Shown: one piece after another, positions 56,323-64,000 of the stretch
Layout of the letters: every line of letters starts with the position of its first letter
How positions within the stretch are numbered: position 1 is the first letter of the stretch
From: Octopus vulgaris
Lineage: Eukaryota
Direction: 5' to 3'
Assembly: GCA_951406725.2 (NCBI GenBank)
Contig: OX597839.1
Location: 7,316,001-7,380,000, forward strand
Length of the DNA: 64,000 nt
Translations under genes and position numbers: made by a program
The notes under the pieces: generated by a model
Told to the model about the DNA's origin: nothing
Databases searched by the model: none
What the model saw: only the letters and a program-made list of their open reading frames with translations

Positions 56323-56460
56323 CTCTCCCCATCTTTTCCTCTCATCATTTTCTGTCGAAGATCGTAGACTCGAAATTTCTAAGACTCTTCCATTCCTACC
56401 GAGCGTTGTTGTTCCCCGATGCGACTTTGTCTTTTGTTTGTGCGACATTTGAGCCATATA
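56320..56460 (+). mobile_element. old family H element
   Basis: TTTTCTGTCGAAGATCGTAGACTCGAAA...AAGACT...GAGCGTT; follows (TA)n. Confidence 0.5.
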
Positions 56461-56810
56461 TTTATTGCATAAGGCAACAATTGTTTCAACGTAGAAAAAG
56501 AATATCTTCTTGCTGGTCGACTAAATTTACGATTATGTCAATATTTTTCTTGTGTTTTACTTTATTGTTTTTTTGCTGTAAATTTCTTAAAATAGTGTAA
56601 ATATAATATCAAATATAATATCAAAAAGAGAAATATAAGTTTAACGGAGAGCAATTTTAAAAGCCGGTATGTATAATGTACACATCTGTCCTACTCCAGA
56701 GATAAAAAAAAATTGCTACTCTACTCGTGTACGTCGGAACAACTGGGAATTCCTTATATTTTGTATCCCCATAACGTTGCCCATAATCGAGATGGCATAA
56801 CCCAACACAA

Positions 56811-57203
56811 CTCTTTTACTCTTTTACTTGTTTCAGTCATTTGACTGTGGCCATGCTGGAGCATCGCCTTTAGCCGAGCAACTCGACCCCGGGACTTATT
56901 CTTTTGTAAGCCCAGTACTTATTCTATCGGTGTCTTTTGCGTAACCGCTAAGTGACGGGAACGTAAACACACCAGCATCGGTTGTCAAGCAATGCTAGGG
57001 CGACAAACACAGACACACAAACACATACACACACATACATACACATATATACATATATACGGCAGGCTTCTTTCAGTTTCCGTCTACCAAATCCACTCAC
57101 AAGGTATTGGTCAGCCCGGGGCTATAGCAGAAGACACTTGCCCAAGATGCCACGCGGTGGGATTGAACCCAGAACCATGTGGTTGGTAAACAAGCTAGTT
57201 ACC
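56811..57203 (-). mobile_element. SINE family B, nearly full length
   Basis: Same organisation as 17681 and 32266. Confidence 0.9.
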
Positions 57204-57250
57204 GTATAAAAGATGCACGTTAGGTCAACCTGAGAACTTTGGTACACTGG

Positions 57251-57503
57251 TTGAACCGCACAAAGACCTAATATAAAGATAAGATGTGTTCTCTGAGTGT
57301 AGACACAGAAAGAAATCTCTATGCACTCAGCGCAGCCCCATGCATATTAGGTATACCACTTGTGGTGTATGCCATTGAACAGCACAAAGTCCTAATATAA
57401 AGAATGAGATGTGTTCTGTGAGTGTAGACACAGAAAGAAATCTCTATGCACTCATCGCAGCCCCATACATATTAGGTATACCACTTGTGGTGTATGCCAT
57501 TGA
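57251..57503. repeat. ~125-bp tandem duplication
   Basis: TTGAAC-GCACAAAG-CCTAATATAAAGA...GGTATACCACTTGTGGTGTATGCCA twice. Confidence 0.9.
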
Positions 57504-58474
57504 GGTTACGTAAGCAACAGGCTGTAGAAAATTAATAAGTTTCTTACTTCACTGTGTCCATCTACATTATCTAAATTAATGTTCCAATATCTACAGATAC
57601 TTCTCTTTCGAACTGCGCAGGCGTTTATGTTGCTCTGAAACTCCTTCCATGCCACCAGCATCTTCAATTACAGCAGCTTATAAATGAAAGAAAATGAAAA
57701 ATACCACGATACTGATTATGTTTTAACTAACGTTCTTCTAATATTATTTCGTGTTCAGCTTTAAAATGAAATAAAGTGCTATAGAATGCGTTAGCTGACA
57801 GCACAAAAATTTTATACAGAATACCACACACACACATATACGCACATATATACACCGAATGGAAGCATTACTAATAGCAAAATGCAAACGATAAAATCAA
57901 CAAACACGTACATAAAATACACAACATTTTATATAACCTACTACAATTTTTAAATATGTCGTTCACGATTTCATCAGGTAAAAAGCGTATTCTCCAATCC
58001 TTTATTGTTAACACATTATTCTGGTGATGAGTCCGGTAATGTCTTCAAATATTAAATATCTAAGAATTTCAGAAGCGCTAATGTGTCACGCTAAACATAA
58101 AGGACTAATAGGGAAATATGACAAATACATAATATAAAAAAAAAAGACCCTATTAAACTGGAACATAGTCAAGTCTTTAGCATATTTGAAAGAAAAGCCT
58201 GTTCCCTATTTACGCACACATCACGCTCTCATATGCGCAGGTATATACACTAACGCGTGTATATATATATATATATACGCACAAAATGTGTGTAAATAAC
58301 AAGAGGCAGATCTATTTGTTTATTGTTTCTGTTGCTTATACATGTTTTCAACAGATGGATCCTGTTATGATGCTAACACACGGGAATTTATAAAATGAAA
58401 CTAGATACTATGCCAAGAAGATATATAGATTGTTTAATATGATGTATATATATATATACATACATATATGTATG

Positions 58475-58513
<39 letters not shown>

Positions 58514-58615
58514 CTGTATATATGTGTATAAATACAGGGATGTGTGTGTGTGTACGTGTATACGTATTTATGCATATATCTGTCTATATATACATAATTC
58601 AACACACACAGATAA

Positions 58616-58654
<39 letters not shown>

Positions 58655-58743
58655 CATACATAAATACATACTTAAACACGCATATATATTTGTATGTATT
58701 CATGTATGTATATATATATATATATCTATATATATATATACAT

Positions 58744-59330
58744 ACAATATTCAATTATATCAAAGGGAAATGGAAATTAATTAAAATTTACATTTCCACT
58801 GGTCTAACGTGTAAAAGATTTAGGCCAAAAGACTATATATTAGTCATACGATAGAGTGTATATTTAAACACATGAGGAATCCACTTGTAGGAATTCAACA
58901 CGCTAGAAAGAACACCTAGGTTCTATAACCAATTTCCATTTCCCTTTGATATGATTAAATATTGTAAGTTTTTTGGATAAATTTAGGTTTTAAAAGTTGG
59001 CTTTTTTTGATTGCCGGCGAAGGACTGCGGCTGCGCAGTAGATTTTGAAACAGTTAGGACGTATAAATACGGCGCAAGTAGTTTTGATCACCCCGTGTGT
59101 ATACGTTTAACCCTAGGTGGTCCTGCTGAAGAAGATTGCACCTGGCGAGTTCCTTGACTCGCTAAACTAAAATCAGAAACCAATTGGTCCAGGAAACTAG
59201 ATGATAAAACGTTCTTTATTTTTTTATTTCGTTCCTGCCGAATTTTATCCCTAATTTTTGTGGTTATAGAGCCTAGCTGTTCTTTCTAGCGTGTTGAATC
59301 CTATAAGTGGATTCCTCATGTGTTTAAAAT
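58744..59330. mobile_element. TA-flanked element with interleaved inverted repeats and a hammerhead (Penelope-like remnant)
   Basis: IR1 58744-58778 / 58931-58965; IR2 58863-58931 / 59261-59328; TATAAAT at about 59062. Confidence 0.7.
59121..59194 (+). ncRNA. type I hammerhead ribozyme
   Basis: UCCUG-CUGAAGA-A-GAUU...AAUC-A-GAAA-CCAAUUGG-UC-CAGGA; 5-bp stem I, palindromic stem III, GUC site at 59187-59189. Confidence 0.7.
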
Positions 59331-59551
59331 ATATATATATAATTAATAATAAAATATTAGGGAATAAATCCAAACTTACAGGGGAAAATCAGATTTAGGA
59401 TTGAATCCATATTTTAAATATATATCAAAATTATCTTTTTTTAATAATTTTGATATATATCTAAAATAATATAAATTAATTAATCTTATGTATTGGCTTA
59501 AGTTTTTTATTGTATGATTTGCCTAATAGTGGTTTTATCTCTAATTTAATA

Positions 59552-59586
<35 letters not shown>

Positions 59587-59621
59587 TTATATATATATAT
59601 ATATAAATATATATATATATT

Positions 59622-59747
<126 letters not shown>

Positions 59748-59779
59748 TAAGGCATATAAGTAACTGAAATCAGGGGATT

Positions 59780-59952
59780 TCACTCCAGAGAGGGGCCGCA
59801 TTCCGTTGCAAAGTTACTGAGTTACAGTTGAACAGATACAAGGAAAGTGAAATGAAGCGTTTGACTCAAAATAACACAGATCCCCGTTTGAGTATCGAAC
59901 CCATGAACTTGCGATCGTGAGCGTTGCTCCCTAACCTCTAGGCTACGTGCCT
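59780..59952 (-). mobile_element. old tRNA-derived SINE
   Basis: Minus strand GCACGTAGCCTAGAGGTTAGGG...GGGTTCGATACTC A/B boxes. Confidence 0.5.
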
Positions 59953-60318
59953 TCATGAAACGCTAACCCCGACCCCCCGCCCACCCACTCGTCGTACTAA
60001 TCAAAATATTTGTTAGAAGACTTAGCCCCGTCAGTGAGAATGTAATTGTTAAGAATATACTAAAAGTGCAAATAAACTCTTTGCTTGCCAAAAATTGGAT
60101 TTCAGTTCTTTTATCCTTGAATTCCGAACAGTTATTTTGTTAGGTTCTGTCATGTTTGTTATACACAGTCCACACCCTTACACGAACGTTTACCGCAATC
60201 AATACATAGTGTATGTATGTATGGATGAAAGGTTGGATGGATGGATGGATGGATGGAAGTATGGATGGAAATGCATGCATGTGTGCGTATATGTATATAT
60301 ATAGGTATACATATATAA

Positions 60319-60403
<85 letters not shown>

Positions 60404-60699
60404 ATATATATATATATACATATGTATATATGTATGCAAGTATATATAATATATATACATATACATACATATATATGTGTGTATATATGTGAACATATGT
60501 ACATATATATATATATATGTCTGTGTGTGTCTGAGTATGTATTTATATATATATATACCTGACATGTGCTCGTATCCAGAATATTTTACATGTATTTATA
60601 AACATATATATGCATACATTTGTGTGTATATGCTCGACATAAGCGTGTGCATGCGTACTTATATGAGCAGCTATTCTCTTGTATGCAGATAATATAACC

Positions 60700-60810
60700 C
60701 TATACATACATACATACATACATACATACATACATACATACATACATACATACATACATACATGCATGCATGCATGCCTGCATACATACATACATACATA
60801 CATACATACA

Positions 60811-60843
<33 letters not shown>

Positions 60844-61010
60844 TCATACATACATACATACATACATGCATACATTCATACATACATGCATACATACATA
60901 CAGGCATACATACATACATACATACATACATACATACATACATTCATACATACATACATACATACATACATACATACATACATACATACATACATACATA
61001 CATACATGTG
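60700..61010. repeat. (CATA)n microsatellite
   Basis: Direct inspection. Confidence 0.95.
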
Positions 61011-61709
61011 TATATGTATATATACATATATTACATTTAGCCATAACTATAGACTTGAAATATTTTTTGAGTCCCCGTATATTGTTTTTTGCTGCTTTCG
61101 TTTGTGTATTTTATTAGTTTTACCGCTGACGTCACGTTCAACAAATGAAAACACTTCAAAAAGGAATTAATAGAATATAACAAACGCTAATCAATGGCGG
61201 ATATACCGATAATTTAGTCTCTGAAATTATAGAACAATGGAGAAAACAAATTGAGCAGAGAGCACAATAACGAAAAACAAGTACAATAGCACAAGTGAGG
61301 ATATAAAAAAAAGACAACAAAACAAAACACAATCCAAATAAACCCTCACATGAAATGTATTAGATGTACTCGATGCACCCTGGTTAAAGAATAGATGACT
61401 TGGTTTTCAAACGAAAAATAGCTCTTCAAACAGAGCACAGCATGCATTGAAGCCAATTAGAACGGGGCATTAATAATGTATTACAATATTACAATAACAC
61501 CAACATTGAAAACAATTTTGTCAACGAGCCAATACAAGAGCCTGTAGAGCATTTATTGTGATGCTAGGAAGTGCACTGAGGTCTCTCTTAAGTTTTATCC
61601 ACTGCCGTCTTAAGGCATGGTCACAGTGGACAGCTGTTTCGGAGCCCTCCCGGGTCTTGGAACCTAATTTTGATTTATATATGTTGCGGGTTGCTTTCAA
61701 CGCATAAAT

Positions 61710-61897
61710 ATTTGCTTGTTTGTTCCTTCTCGAGCCATGCCTGGCTCATAAGGGCCGGTTTCCCAGTTTCCTTGGCGTATAGGTTCCCCACCTGAACGGG
61801 ACGCCGGTCCGTCGCAGGTGAGCTGCATGATGCAGGAGGAAAGAGTGAGAGAAAGTTGTGGCGAAAGAGTCAGCAGAAGTTTCACGAGCAAGCTGTT
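61710..61897 (-). mobile_element. SINE 3' part sharing the family C middle module, tail type 3
   Basis: AAAGAGTGAGAGAAAGTTGTGGCGAAAGAGT as in family C; tail ends GGCTCGAGAAGGAACAAAC. Confidence 0.65.
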
Positions 61898-62099
61898 CCG
61901 TTTTTTTTTTTTAATAATGCTAAAACCTCCCGGGTTTCCATATATTGTCTTAAATTTTGTTGTCCTGCTTTCTCTGCACATAGGGTCATGGCTAGAAAGT
62001 CTTTCATCATACGTCTCTGCGATATTTCCATTATCACTCCAACGGCTACTGGAAACAATTTAGGCCTCAGCAGCGTTAATATATAGAAAGGCAATGTAT

Positions 62100-62455
62100 A
62101 GGTTTCAGGTTCAGTCCCACTGCGTAGCACCTTTGGCGAGTGACTTCTGCTATAGCCTCGGTCCGATCAAAGTCATACGAGTGGATAGGGTAGATGGAAA
62201 CTGAAAGATGCCCGTCAATGTATTATATATATATATGTGTGTGTGTGTGTTTAAATGTTTGTATGTCTGTGTTTCCCCCCAGCATGGCTTGACAAGCAAA
62301 GTTGGTGTTTACGGTCTCCGTAACTTAGCGGTTCGGCAAAAGAGACCGATAGAATAACTACTAGGCTTAAAAAGAATAAGTCCTGGGGTCGATTTGTTAG
62401 TCTAAAGGCGTTGCTCCAGCATGGCTACAGTCAAATGACTGAAACAAGTAATGAG
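62100..62455 (+). mobile_element. SINE family B (5' clipped), followed by an older tail at about 62505-62605
   Basis: GGTTCAGTCCCACTGCGT...CTCCAGCATGGCTACAGTCAAATGACTGAAACAAGTAA. Confidence 0.85.
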
Positions 62456-62898
62456 TATATATGTATGTTTACTTTACACACACGCACACAATCAAAAAAA
62501 AAAAAGAAAATAAGGTCCTGGAATCGATTCATTCGACTAAAGAATTCTTCCAGGTGGTGCTCCAGCGTGGTCGCAATCTAATGACGGAAACAAGTAAAAG
62601 ATAAAGCCTAAAAGATATGTGTCTGTGTGTGTGTCTGTGTGTGCGTGTGTGTGTGTATAGATAGATAATTATAAATTTTCATACATACGCACACGCGCAC
62701 ACACACAGACACACACATTTTATATATATATACATATATGTGCGTATACAGACACACACACACATACACGTATAGGTATGTATATAGATCTGTTTATTCA
62801 AATTTTCATATCACTTATCACATCAGATTCAATGAAGCTTACCTTATAATCAGTGTGTGTGTATGTGAATACAGATACACATGTATATATACCTGTAT

Positions 62899-62938
<40 letters not shown>

Positions 62939-63234
62939 ACACATAGACACACGCATATTCATGCATTGCCATCCGCTCGACATCTGTCCAAAGATAGCGT
63001 ACATCATAACGGTCATTAAACAACTGATTACATAGTGAAACCAACCAGCCATAAGATCTGACGTGATAACTTTATCGATGCTTCAGTTAGACATCTGAAT
63101 ATAGAGTCAAATAGATGACGTTGACTTGTCATTCAGGCAGCAGAGGGAGCCTATAACCAGTTGCCTCGTTGTACTAGAGGTCGTAGTGAAAAGCACTTCA
63201 GTTCACTTAATAACTTAATATATCAAATCCTTAA

Positions 63235-63864
63235 GGCGGTGAGCAGGCAGAAACGTCAGCACGCCGGGCGAAATGCTTAGTGATATTTCGTTTGCCACTA
63301 CGTTCTGAGTTCAAATTCCGCCGAGGTCGACTTTGCCTTTCATCCATTCGGGGTCGATAAATTAAGTACCAGTTACGCACTGGGGTCGATATAATCGACT
63401 TAATCTGTGTGTCTGTCCTTGTTTGTCGTCTCTGTGTTTAGCCCCTTGTGGGTAGTAAAGCTTAGCGGTATTTCGTCTGCCGCTACGTTCTGAGTTCAAA
63501 TTCCGCCGAGGTCGACTTTGCCTTTCATCCTTTCGGGGTCGATAAATTAAGTACCAGTTACGCACTGGGGTCGATATAATCGACTTAATCTGTGTGTCTG
63601 TCCTTGTTTGTCGTCTCTGTGTTTTGCCCCCTGTGGGTAGTAAAGCTTAGCGGTATTTCGTCTGCCGCTACGTTCTGAGTTCAAATTCCGCCGAGGTCGA
63701 CTTTGCCTTTCATCCTTTCGGGGTCGATTAAATAAGTACCAGTTACGCACTGGGGTCGGTATAATCGACTTAATCCGTTTGACTGTCCTTGTTTGTCCTC
63801 CCTCTCCGTGTTTAGCCCCTTGTGGGTAGTAAAGAAATAGGTATTTCGTCTGTCTTTACGTTCT
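63235..63864 (+). mobile_element. SINE family A trimer
   Basis: One full head, then three 185-bp body-tail units and the start of a fourth. Confidence 0.9.
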
Positions 63865-64000
63865 CTCTGGAAAGTCAACACACACATACACACCACATGC
63901 ATACACTTTCCCTCTCTCTCTCTCCCCTTTCTCTCTCTCTCCTCCCCTTTCTCCCTCCCCCTCTCTCTCTCCCTCCCCTTTCTCTCTCTCTCCCTCTCGC

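Noticed and set aside
58015-58120. GTGATGAGTCC as a hammerhead start
   Set aside because: No GGAC-GAAA partner in a suitable position
61120-61540. Promoter (TGACGTCA and CCAAT motifs)
   Set aside because: Short motifs expected by chance; no linked gene or CpG-rich context

Overview
AT-rich eukaryotic non-coding DNA, most likely from an octopus genome. This is an inference from the very high microsatellite load and tRNA-derived SINE families resembling those I recall from Octopus. No host protein-coding gene can be supported: almost all ORFs in the track are translations of (TA)n, (CA)n, (TACA)n, (GATA)n or triplet repeats. The window holds at least four tRNA-derived SINE families, 5'-truncated LINE fragments (two CR1-type families, RTE, R4/Dong-type) and a decayed DD37D (maT) Tc1/mariner transposase broken by two insertions with flanking direct repeats. 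The most interesting signal is a set of short non-coding elements beside (TA)n/(CA)n tracts. They carry hammerhead-ribozyme folds (several unrelated families, some with non-canonical cores), often followed by AATAAA and arranged in inverted repeats, which suggests Penelope-like/retrozyme-like non-autonomous elements. Other notable points are a 352-bp spacer-less palindrome, a 3' stem-loop conserved in structure across a SINE and two LINE families, and SINE multimers enclosed by single TSD pairs. All calls were made by eye; boundaries are approximate.
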